Assembly (NCBI GenBank): GCA_963766075.1 | Contig: CAVYAN010000098.1 | Span: forward strand, 1-11,105 | Source: an uncultured cyanobacterium | GTDB taxonomy: Bacteria > Cyanobacteriota > Cyanobacteriia > Leptolyngbyales > Leptolyngbyaceae | Direction of reading: 5' to 3' | Length of the DNA stretch: 11,105 bases | Shown here: positions 1 through 7,621 of the stretch, piece after piece | How positions within the stretch are numbered: the stretch's first letter is position 1 | Layout: every line of letters begins with the position of its first letter | Notes under the pieces: generated by a model | What the model was told of the DNA's origin: nothing | Database searches by the model: none | Seen by the model: only the letters and a program-made list of their open reading frames with translations | Made by a program: the position numbers and the translations under genes

Positions 1-1
1 C

Positions 2-160
2 CTTTGTGAACACTGTGGAGAAGCTGCATTGAGAGAAACTGATTATCACGTAGATGGAGGACGTTATGAACAACAATATGGTGTAAAAACCTACACATGC
101 CAATGCTGTTCCGAAGAGACAAGTACCACCTATCACATACCATTAGATAATCCAGATTGA
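2..160 (+). CDS. 3' end of a hypothetical protein with a C-terminal zinc-ribbon-like motif (5' part outside the window)
   Basis: Frame 2 is open from the window edge to TGA at 158-160: LCEHCGEAALRETDYHVDGGRYEQQYGVKTYTCQCCSEETSTTYHIPLDNPD*. It has two CxxC pairs (CEHC, CQCC). Not in the ORF track because no start codon is in view. Confidence 0.6.
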   Translation, partial: LCEHCGEAALRETDYHVDGGRYEQQYGVKTYTCQCCSEETSTTYHIPLDNPD

Positions 161-168
161 TGACAAAC

Positions 169-207
169 TTGACTAAGTAGTCAATTGTAGGTGGGCACTG
201 CCTACAA
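169..207. repeat. Two adjacent short inverted repeats; the second is REP-like
   Basis: TTGACTA-ag-TAGTCAA (169-184), immediately followed by TTGTAGG-tgggcactg-CCTACAA (185-207). The second contains GTAG and a GTGGGCA..TGCC core resembling cyanobacterial REP-like repeats. Confidence 0.45.
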
Positions 208-317
208 CCCTGGACGGGGTGCTTAAATTTGGAATTGCTGACTTGCCCAGCACGGAAGTCAATAATCGAAACCTCACGCTACAATGGGTTTGCTGAAGTC
301 ACAACAAGGTCAACCCT

Positions 318-479
318 ATGGCAGTCCGACAGCCCCGACATAGCAAAGAAGATTTCGCCCAGCGTGGTGATACCCTGTGTGAGTCAGAGGTGCGCCAACA
401 AGTCGAAGAAGGCAATCAGTTCAAGATGGGCTGGTCACGATTGAAGCCTTACCGATCGCGAGTGAAAGTTAGTCGGTGA
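318..479 (+). pseudogene. Chimeric remnant: N-terminus of a small cyanobacterial hypothetical protein joined to the C-terminal tail of a probable clan AA aspartic protease gene
   Basis: ATG 318 gives MAVRQPRHSKEDFAQRGDTLCESEVRQQVEEGN, resembling the MxVRQPRYSKEEFARRG family. From 419 another frame reads VQDGLVTIEALPIASES*, resembling the end of the aspartic protease that I recall follows that gene. A TACAAT -10-like box lies at 280-285. Confidence 0.5.
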
Positions 480-485
480 TGCAAG

Positions 486-570
486 GTCTAACAATCCTGG
501 TGAAGCGGGCTAATTGGAGTGGGTTGGTGATGCAAAGATTCCTTGTAGCCGCTGACCAGGAACGTTAGGT
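486..570 (+). mobile_element. attC-like integron cassette recombination site
   Basis: R'' GTCTAAC (486-492, fits RYYYAAC), 5-bp spacer, L'' TGGTGAAG (498-505); L' CTGACCA (552-558), 5-bp spacer, R' GTTAGGT (564-570, fits GTTRRRY). The arm TCCTGGT-G-AAGCGG pairs with CCGCTGACCAGGA with one extra base and one mismatch. Total length 85 bp. Confidence 0.7.
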
Positions 571-1488
571 TGACTGTTTGACTCCATCGTCTGATACCCA
601 CGGATTAAGCTTGAACGCATTCGTGAGGTATTCGATAAAACAACGCACTTTTGCCGGGACAAATCGTCCCCGCCGATAGACGGCATGAATGGGCAACGGG
701 ATGGGTTGATAATCCTTGAGAATCACCCTGAGACCGTTCGATGTGAGCAGTTCGCCAAACAGCCAAACAGGGCAAACGGCAATCCCTATACCCGACAGCA
801 CGGCTTCCCGAATGGCTGTAGAGTTATCAATCTGGAGATTCCCCTTGACGATGACCTGAGTTGTGCCACCCGTCGGACGTTGAAAGTGCCACTCGTTGCC
901 CGTTGCCAAACCTGTATACACAATACAGTTGTGCTCGACTAATGCTTCTGGTGTTTGAGGTTCTGAACGGTCGCGAAAATAAGCTGTGGCGGCAACCGTG
1001 ACTCGACGGGTGATGCCAATGCGATGGACGATCAGCGCGGGATCGTTCACCTGCCCAATGCGAATGGCAAGATCCGTGCCATCTTCGACCAAGTCAACAA
1101 AGCGATCGCTCAGGGTTAGATCAAGCTGGATATCCGGGTAACGCTCCAGAAACCCCTGGACACAGGGCATGACTTGATGCTGCCCAAACGCTACAGGACA
1201 GCTTACCCGCAGTCTGCCCGCAGGGTTTTGACGTTGCCCCACGCTGGCCTCAGCGACGGCCACCGTATCCAACACGTCTTGGCAATGCTCAAAAAATCGT
1301 TCTCCCGCTTGCGTCAACTGCAACTTCCGGGTGGAGCGGCTTAGCAGTTGCACATCTAGGTAGTCTTCTAGGGCGGCGATTTGCTTACTGATAGTCGGCT
1401 GGGTGGTGTTGCGTTCACGGGCGACGGCAGAAAAACTCCCCGTTTCAACGACTCGAACAAAGCTTTGCATACAGTCGAGGCGATCCAT
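565..1488 (-). CDS. LysR-family transcriptional regulator (CrgA/DmlR-like)
   Basis: N-terminal HTH FVRVVETGSFSAVARERNTTQPTISKQIAALEDYLDVQLLSRSTR; substrate-binding domain with DLVEDGTDLAIRIG. Start is probably ATG 1488 (MDRLDC); GTG 1497 is an alternative. Confidence 0.95.
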   Translation of the reverse strand: MDRLDCMQSFVRVVETGSFSAVARERNTTQPTISKQIAALEDYLDVQLLSRSTRKLQLTQAGERFFEHCQDVLDTVAVAEASVGQRQNPAGRLRVSCPVAFGQHQVMPCVQGFLERYPDIQLDLTLSDRFVDLVEDGTDLAIRIGQVNDPALIVHRIGITRRVTVAATAYFRDRSEPQTPEALVEHNCIVYTGLATGNEWHFQRPTGGTTQVIVKGNLQIDNSTAIREAVLSGIGIAVCPVWLFGELLTSNGLRVILKDYQPIPLPIHAVYRRGRFVPAKVRCFIEYLTNAFKLNPWVSDDGVKQST

Positions 1489-1497
1489 CGTTTTCAC

Positions 1498-1514
1498 TAT
1501 TCCAAATAGGAATA
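1498..1514. promoter_or_regulatory. Probable LysR recognition site (T-N11-A within a dyad)
   Basis: TATTCC-aaata-GGAATA perfect dyad with T1500-N11-A1512, in the divergent LysR/SDR intergenic region. Confidence 0.65.
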
Positions 1515-1648
1515 AATTCTATGCTATTTTCCAGGCTTCTCAAATATATTGAAATGAATCAAGATAAGAGATATGGAAAGCAAAGCCGCCCAATCCTAAA
1601 CGGCACAAGGCTTTCCTCCAAAAGGTTCCATCCTGAATCCAGGAGAGG

Positions 1649-2386
1649 ATGATGAACGTTCAAGACTCAGTTGCTTTTGTTACAGGTGCTAATCGCGGTA
1701 TTGGCAAAGCCTATGTCGAAGCCTTGGTGCAAGCTGGTGCTCGCCGAATTTACGTCGCGGCTCGCAGCCTTGACACGCTCAACGACGTCGTGGCGATCGC
1801 CCCCGATCGCATTATTCCTATTGCCTTGGATGTAACCGATATTACGCAAGTGAATGCAGCGGCCCAGACTGCCCAGGATGTCACCTTATTAATTAACAAC
1901 GCGGGTGTATTAGGGTCTGGTGGACTATTTACCCCAAATAGCGTGGAAACAGCTCAGTGGGAGATGAATACCAACTACTTTGGGACACTGTCGATGGTTC
2001 GCGCCTTTGTGCCAATTTTGCAGGGCAATGGTGGCGGGGCCATTGTCAACATGATGTCCGTGGTATCAGTGGCGAATGCGCCCGTATTTAGTTCCTACAG
2101 CGCTTCCAAAGCTGCCCTCCATTCCTTAACCCAAGGGATTCGCGCAGAACTGGCACCGCAAGGAACCCAGGTGATTGGGGTCTATCCCGGCCCGGTGGAT
2201 ACAGCCATGGCCGCAGGCGTGCCCATGGATAAGGTGGCACCGATCGCAGTGGCTAAGCAAGTCCTGCAAGCAGTTGAGACAGGCATTGAGGATGTGTATC
2301 CTGATCCGGTTTCTCAAAGTGTATTTTCTGTGATCGCCGATCCCTTAAAAGCCGTTGAAAAACAGTTTGCGAGTTGGATGCCTTAA
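1649..2386 (+). CDS. Short-chain dehydrogenase/reductase (classical SDR)
   Basis: TGANRGIG cofactor motif, NNAG, catalytic YSASK, PGPVDT. Purine-rich RBS AGGAGAGG at 1641-1648. Start is 1649 or 1652. Confidence 0.95.
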   Translation: MMNVQDSVAFVTGANRGIGKAYVEALVQAGARRIYVAARSLDTLNDVVAIAPDRIIPIALDVTDITQVNAAAQTAQDVTLLINNAGVLGSGGLFTPNSVETAQWEMNTNYFGTLSMVRAFVPILQGNGGGAIVNMMSVVSVANAPVFSSYSASKAALHSLTQGIRAELAPQGTQVIGVYPGPVDTAMAAGVPMDKVAPIAVAKQVLQAVETGIEDVYPDPVSQSVFSVIADPLKAVEKQFASWMP

Positions 2387-2502
2387 TAGGTCAGAAGCTG
2401 ATTGCCTTTTCTATAGGTCTAATACCCTTCAAACCCCAGGTCAGGCATTGACGAGCCAGCCAGAAAAAGATTGGTGAGTCGGCCAGAGAAAATGATACCA
2501 GC

Positions 2503-2558
2503 TAAAAAATAAGCGCAGTGGGCAGGATGAGACCAAAGTGTCATCCTGCCCACTGCGC
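2503..2558 (-). terminator. Intrinsic terminator / 3' stem-loop of petB-petD, possibly bidirectional
   Basis: Perfect 18-bp stem GCGCAGTGGGCAGGATGA (2513-2530) / TCATCCTGCCCACTGCGC (2541-2558) with a 10-nt loop. On the minus strand it is followed by TTATTTTT. It lies between the convergent SDR and petD genes. Confidence 0.75.
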
Positions 2559-2612
2559 AGGTTGAGGCTTACCCGCCTCGAAGTTTTAGAAGAGAAAAGA
2601 ATTCTCAGAGGT

Positions 2613-3095
2613 TTAGAACAAGCCCAAGGTCAGGGCCTTGTCCACAGGGAAGGCTGCACCAATCCCTAACCACAGGGTAACCGCAGTGCCAAACAAGAAG
2701 ACAGCGGTAGCCACGGGGCGGCGGAAAGGATTTTGGAACTTGTTAACATTCTCGATAAACGGAATCGCAATCAAACCCAGGGGAACGGAGGCCATGAGCA
2801 CCACACCCAGCAATTTGTTCGGCACCACCCGCAAAATGTTAAACACGGGATACAGATACCACTCTGGCAAAATTTCCAGGGGGGTGGCGAAGGGATTCGC
2901 CGGTTCACCGACCAACGCCGGGTCGAGAACCGCTAAGCCGGTGCAAAGGGCGATCGTCCCAAAAATCACAATGGGGAAGACATAAAGCAAATCGTTGGGC
3001 CAAGCGGGTTCACCGTAGTAGTTGTGACCCATGCCTTTGGCAAGCTTGGCACGCAGTTCGGGATCAGCCAGATCCGGTTTCTTTAGGGTTGACAT
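2613..3095 (-). CDS. petD: Cytochrome b6-f complex subunit IV
   Basis: [46 protein letters not shown]; 160 aa from ATG 3095. Confidence 0.98.
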   Translation of the reverse strand: MSTLKKPDLADPELRAKLAKGMGHNYYGEPAWPNDLLYVFPIVIFGTIALCTGLAVLDPALVGEPANPFATPLEILPEWYLYPVFNILRVVPNKLLGVVLMASVPLGLIAIPFIENVNKFQNPFRRPVATAVFLFGTAVTLWLGIGAAFPVDKALTLGLF

Positions 3096-3243
3096 AGGGG
3101 AAACAGTTCTCCAGTAGCGGATGAAAATCGGCAGGCGGAACGATAGAACGTGGGCTTCTGCATAAAGCAACTATAGCTGGAAGCTCCACTGAATCACCAG
3201 ACAAGCGTGATCAGGCCCAATCAAAGGCCAGAACGGACCAAAC

Positions 3244-3912
3244 CTAGAGGGGACCGGAAATGCCCTGCTTACGAATCATCAGGAAGTGCAGCAGCATAAA
3301 GACAGCAATCACCCAAGGCAGCACAAAGGTGTGCGCACTGTAGTAGCGGGTCAAGGTGGACTGGCCCACGCTTACACCGCCGCGGAGCAGGTCAGCAATC
3401 AAGGTGCCCACAACAGGAATGGCTTCGGGTACACCGGAAACGATCTTGACCGCCCAGTAGCCCACTTGATCCCAGGGGAGGGAGTAGCCCGTCACCCCGA
3501 AGGACACGGTAGTCACAGCCAGCACAACGCCCGTCACCCAGGTGAGTTCACGGGGCTTCTTGAAGCCGCCGGTCAGATAAACCCGGAAAACGTGCAGAAT
3601 CATCATCAGCACCATCATGCTGGCAGACCAGCGGTGGATGGAGCGGATCAACCAGCCAAAGTTAACTTCGTTCATGATGTATTGAACGGAAGTAAATGCT
3701 TCGGCGACGGTTGGCTTGTAATAAAAAGTCATGGCGAATCCAGTGGCGAACTGGATCACGAAGCAAACCAGGGTAATACCGCCGAGGCAGTAGAAGATGT
3801 TGACGTGGGGGGGGACATATTTACTCGAAATGTCGTCCGCCAACGCTTGAATCTCTAGGCGCTCGTCGAACCACTGGTAAGCCTTGGAGTCGGTTACCTG
3901 CTTGGTGAACAT
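3244..3912 (-). CDS. petB: Cytochrome b6
   Basis: 222 aa; [14 protein letters not shown] (heme cn Cys), [29 protein letters not shown]. Confidence 0.99.
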   Translation of the reverse strand: MFTKQVTDSKAYQWFDERLEIQALADDISSKYVPPHVNIFYCLGGITLVCFVIQFATGFAMTFYYKPTVAEAFTSVQYIMNEVNFGWLIRSIHRWSASMMVLMMILHVFRVYLTGGFKKPRELTWVTGVVLAVTTVSFGVTGYSLPWDQVGYWAVKIVSGVPEAIPVVGTLIADLLRGGVSVGQSTLTRYYSAHTFVLPWVIAVFMLLHFLMIRKQGISGPL

Positions 3913-3951
3913 GTAGCAAGAATTCCTAAATATGTATTGCTGTTCATAAAG

Positions 3952-3960
3952 AATGTAACA
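3952..3960 (-). promoter_or_regulatory. Candidate extended -10 promoter element of petB
   Basis: The minus strand reads TG-T-TACATT about 40 nt upstream of the petB ATG. Confidence 0.4.
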
Positions 3961-4153
3961 CAGACCCCGTCAGGATTTCACCTGTACCCCTGAAAGAGAC
4001 TGGGCTGCATTGTCTTTTTCCAAAATGCCAGGAGTTGTTCCCCAGTGGGCGTTTCTGAGGAATTCTTAACAAAAGACAATGTTTTGAGGTGGGGGCAGAG
4101 GCTGCCAAAACTGGGGGGTGAGTGGCAGAGTCGTCCCGGTCACATTAATATAA

Positions 4154-5476
4154 ATGACTATGAGCAAACGATTTTTCTGGGTCCGGTCCGTATTGGTGGT
4201 GATATTGGCGGTGGTGCTGGCGGTGGGCGGGGCGATCGCCCCTGCCCAGGCCCTGACTGAAGAGCAGAAATTTTTGTCTGAAGTCTGGCGGGTGGTGGAT
4301 CGAGCCTATGTCGATGACACCTTTAACCATCAAAACTGGTGGGTGGCTCGGGAAAAAGCCATTAAGCAGCCCCTGGGCGATCGCCAACAGACCTATGCCG
4401 CCATTCAGAAAATGCTGGCCCTGCTGGATGACCCCTTCACCCGCTTTCTGAAACCGGACCAATACCGCAGCTTACAAACCAATACCTCCGGTGAATTGAC
4501 TGGGGTGGGCTTGCAAATTGCCTTAGACGCGGAGACCAATCGCCTGCGGGTCATCTCCCCGATCGCTGGGTCACCCGCCGAGAAAGCGGGCATTCAACCC
4601 GCCGATGCGATTATTCGGATTGATGGCCGGGAAACCTCTGGGCTGAGCCTCGATGAGGCCGCAGAGCGCATGCGGGGTCCCCGGGGCAGCCATGTGCTCC
4701 TGACCATTGTGCGGGCCAATTCCGCCAGTTCTAGCCCGATGCCTGGGTCGCAGACGGGGGAATCGCCGGTAGGAGAGGTGGAGACGGATGTGGATGTGGT
4801 CCGCGATCGCATTGCGCTGAACCCCGTGTTGGCCGATCTCCGCCTCCAGAAAAAGCCCAATGGTCAGCAGGCTAAGATTGGCTACATCCGCCTGAATCAG
4901 TTCAATGCCAATGCCACCGCCGAAGTGGCCAAGGCCATTAACCGACTGGAGCAGCAGGGGGCAGAGTCCTATATTTTGGATCTGCGGAACAATCCCGGCG
5001 GGCTGCTGCAATCGGGTATCGAGGTGGCGCGGCTCTGGTTAGATACCGGCACCATTGTGTACACCGTTAATCGCCAGGGGGTGTTGGGAAATTTTGATGC
5101 CACGGGCAGTGCGTTGACTCAGGATCCCTTGGTGGTGCTCGTGAATCAGGGCACGGCCAGTTCCAGTGAAATTTTGGCCGGGGCGCTGAAGGACAATCAT
5201 CGAGCGCAGATTGTGGGGGAGAAAACCTTTGGCAAGGGTTTAATTCAATCTCTCTTTGATCTGTCCGATGGTTCTGGGGTGGCGGTCACCGTGGCCAAGT
5301 ATGAAACCCCGGCGCATATTGACATCAACAAACTGGGGATCACGCCAGATGTGTTGGTGCCGCTGCAGCCCATTGGGGCGTTTCAGGTCGGCACCGATGC
5401 CGACAATCAGTACCAAGCTGCGTTAGAACTGTTAACGACGGATTCCCGAGTTGCCGCCGGTGCTGCCTCCTTCTAA
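4154..5476 (+). CDS. ctpA: Carboxyl-terminal processing protease (S41 family; probable D1-processing CtpA)
   Basis: Signal peptide ending APAQA, LDDPFTRFL, PDZ domain (GVGLQI, SPAEKAGI), DLRNNPGG, catalytic TASSSE and TFGKG. Divergent from petB, an arrangement known in cyanobacteria. Confidence 0.88.
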   Translation: MTMSKRFFWVRSVLVVILAVVLAVGGAIAPAQALTEEQKFLSEVWRVVDRAYVDDTFNHQNWWVAREKAIKQPLGDRQQTYAAIQKMLALLDDPFTRFLKPDQYRSLQTNTSGELTGVGLQIALDAETNRLRVISPIAGSPAEKAGIQPADAIIRIDGRETSGLSLDEAAERMRGPRGSHVLLTIVRANSASSSPMPGSQTGESPVGEVETDVDVVRDRIALNPVLADLRLQKKPNGQQAKIGYIRLNQFNANATAEVAKAINRLEQQGAESYILDLRNNPGGLLQSGIEVARLWLDTGTIVYTVNRQGVLGNFDATGSALTQDPLVVLVNQGTASSSEILAGALKDNHRAQIVGEKTFGKGLIQSLFDLSDGSGVAVTVAKYETPAHIDINKLGITPDVLVPLQPIGAFQVGTDADNQYQAALELLTTDSRVAAGAASF

Positions 5477-6722
5477 ACAATCCTCTGCTGAACGGACCTA
5501 CCACGATCCCCTGCATGGGGCGATCGCCCTGAATCGCCACGATCCCACCGAAGACTTGCTGGTGCGCCTGATTGATACTCCCGCGTTTCAACGCCTGCGG
5601 CGGGTGCGACAGTTGGGTCCTGCCAGCCTGACGTTCCACGGGGCGGAAAGTTCGCGGTTTACCCATTCCTTGGGGGTGATGGCGATCGCGCGGCGGGCCT
5701 TTGATCGATTGGCCCGCGACTATCCGCAATTGTTGCCCTATCGCCCGCTGGTGCTCTGTGGCGCGCTGCTGCATGATGTGGGTCATGGGCCGTTTAGCCA
5801 CACGGGGGAGGAGGTGTTTGGCGCGCAGCATGAAGGCTGGACGCAGCGGATTTTGCGGGAATCGCTGCCCGTGCGCCAGTTGTTGGACGCCTTTGATCCG
5901 GAGTTGGTCGATCAGTTGGTCCAGGTGTATCAGAAGACGTTTGCGGTGCCGCTGGTGTGGCAGTTGGTGTCGAGCCAGTTGGACTGCGATCGCCTGGATT
6001 ATCTGATGCGGGACAGCTATTTTACGGGGGCCAACTATGGCAAGCTGGACCTCGATCGGATCCTGATGGCGCTGCGCTATGATCCGGTGACGCAGCAGTT
6101 GGCGATCGCCCAGAAGGGCATTGCGGCTGTGGAGCATTATCTGGTGGTGCGCTACTTTATGTACGCGCAGGTGTATAACCATCCGAAGAATCTGGCTGCC
6201 ACCTGGATTTTGGAGCAGGCGATGGATCGGGCGCGCCAGCTGATCCTGGATGGCTGTTTAGAGGCTGATGATACTGTGCAGGCGTGGCTGCTGTCGGATT
6301 GCAATGGGATTCCCTTGGAGCAATATCTGGCGGCGGATGACAGTGTGTTTCTCTATCATATGCAGCGCTGGCAGCGAAGTCGGGATCCGGTATTGGCGGA
6401 TCTGTGTCGGCGGTTCTTGGATCGCGATTTATTGAAGACGTTGGATGTGACGGCTTTGGCGGAGGGCGATCGCCTGGTTCTGCTGGGTAAGGTCCACCAT
6501 TGGCTGACGGGAGCAGGGTTTGAGGCGGCTGCCTATGGGGGGATTCGGGTGGCGCTGAGTCGGGGCTATACGCTGTATCAACGGGGCATTAAGGTGCAAA
6601 CGCCCCACGGTTTGGCGGAATTGAGTGATTTGTCGGCGTTGGTGAAAACCCTGACGACGGCCCATGAGCGGGCTTGGTTAATCTATCCTCGGGAAATTGG
6701 GGAACTGGGGGGTGAGTTCTAG
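5451..6722 (+). CDS. HD-domain phosphohydrolase (dNTP triphosphohydrolase/SAMHD1-like family)
   Basis: YHDPLHG, FQRLRRVRQLG, SRFTHSLG, LLHDVGHGPFSH, DCDRLDYLMRD. Start uncertain (TTG 5451 or GTG 5460), overlapping the end of ctpA. Confidence 0.9.
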   Translation: MPPVLPPSKQSSAERTYHDPLHGAIALNRHDPTEDLLVRLIDTPAFQRLRRVRQLGPASLTFHGAESSRFTHSLGVMAIARRAFDRLARDYPQLLPYRPLVLCGALLHDVGHGPFSHTGEEVFGAQHEGWTQRILRESLPVRQLLDAFDPELVDQLVQVYQKTFAVPLVWQLVSSQLDCDRLDYLMRDSYFTGANYGKLDLDRILMALRYDPVTQQLAIAQKGIAAVEHYLVVRYFMYAQVYNHPKNLAATWILEQAMDRARQLILDGCLEADDTVQAWLLSDCNGIPLEQYLAADDSVFLYHMQRWQRSRDPVLADLCRRFLDRDLLKTLDVTALAEGDRLVLLGKVHHWLTGAGFEAAAYGGIRVALSRGYTLYQRGIKVQTPHGLAELSDLSALVKTLTTAHERAWLIYPREIGELGGEF

Positions 6723-6793
6723 GGGCGGGAAGTGCTGTTAGAAATGCCGGGTTCTGGGCGATCCACTCTGTGGGCATTGGTCCTGGCGGGGGT

Positions 6794-7198
6794 CTACAGG
6801 TTGGTGGAAATGGCTTGGACGGGACAGGTGGGAATGCATTGTTCGCAGACGATGCAGCGCGATCGCGTGAAGGCGAGTTTAAAGGATTCGGGGTTGAGGC
6901 TGAGGGCTTCGGTGGGGCAGACGCCGGTGCATAGGCCGCAGTGGACGCAACTGTCTTCGTCAATGACGAGTTCGCGGCTGGATGCGGATACGCCGATGTC
7001 TTGCGATCGCATCCAGTCGAGGGCGGCATCGAGTTGGTCGATGTCTCCGGCGAGTTCGACGACGAGTTTGCCGACTTGGTTGGGGGCGACTTGGGCGCGA
7101 ATAATATTTGCCGCTACGTTAAAGTCTTTGGCGAGGCGATAGGTGACGGGCATTTGTACGGAGCGGCGGGGAAACGTTAGGGTAACGCGCTTTTTCAC
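6794..7198 (-). CDS. NIL domain-containing 2x[4Fe-4S] ferredoxin-like protein
   Basis: N-terminal NIL-like domain (NVAANIIRAQV); CVHCGLCTGVCP and CIVCEQCIPTCP motifs; GTG start; TACAAT on the minus strand at 7226-7231. Confidence 0.92.
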   Translation of the reverse strand: MKKRVTLTFPRRSVQMPVTYRLAKDFNVAANIIRAQVAPNQVGKLVVELAGDIDQLDAALDWMRSQDIGVSASSRELVIDEDSCVHCGLCTGVCPTEALSLNPESFKLAFTRSRCIVCEQCIPTCPVQAISTNL

Positions 7199-7239
7199 GG
7201 GGATGCCAATAACGGGACTGTTTTAATTGTAGAAAGCGA

Positions 7240-7283
7240 TCGCGGGACAAGCCAGATCAATTCGCGGGACAATCCAGATCAAT
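7240..7283. repeat. 22-bp tandem direct repeat, 2 copies
   Basis: TCGCGGGACAAGCCAGATCAAT (7240-7261) and TCGCGGGACAATCCAGATCAAT (7262-7283), 1 mismatch. Confidence 0.9.
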
Positions 7284-7339
7284 AGGGTCGATTGGTGGGG
7301 TGTGGGGCATTTATCCTGACGATGAGATCGCGGTATGGC

Positions 7340-7621
7340 CCGATTGTTGATGCAGCGTGGCTGGATGCCGAGCATTTGCCGCTACGCAATGGGTAGGACG
7401 CTCGGATTGGCTTCATATCGGCTAAACCTGGCTACTTTACAACCAGATCTCGCAAAAAATAGAAGCAATCGGTTTTCCACCGATTGTTGATGCAGTGCGG
7501 CTGGATTCCGATCATTTGCCACTACGCAATGGGTATGGCGCTCGGATTGGCTTCACATCGGCTAAACCAGGCTACTTTACAACCAGATCTCGCAAAAAGT
7601 AGCAAAGCGATCGCTTCTCCA
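7340..7621. repeat. Tandem direct repeat with 140-bp period, 2 copies
   Basis: 7340-7479 versus 7480-7621. By hand count there are 10 mismatches over the first 123 aligned bases, then a 2-bp indel. Confidence 0.95.

Noticed and set aside
229..444. 71-aa ORF from the track
   Set aside because: TTG start and no motif; the overlapping frame from ATG 318 resembles a real family.
2417..2570. Second attC after the SDR gene (GTCTAAT at about 2417)
   Set aside because: It lacks the conserved AAC and has no properly spaced L'/R' partner.
3096..3170. 25-aa N-terminal extension of PetD in the ORF track
   Set aside because: Conserved PetD begins at MSTLKKPDL (ATG 3095); the extension is an incidental open frame.
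5340..6182. 280-aa antisense ORF and other overlapping ORFs (e.g. 685-942, 2638-2985, 3286-3858, 4571-5011, 6589-7029, 6732-7142, 8234-8575)
   Set aside because: Shadow frames of well-supported genes, with no recognisable motifs.
7240..7283. Possible CRISPR mini-array
   Set aside because: Only two abutting copies with no spacer, and no cas genes.
7340..7621. 140-bp repeat pair as a DGR template/variable repeat
   Set aside because: The mismatches are not adenine-specific on either strand, and no reverse transcriptase is in view.
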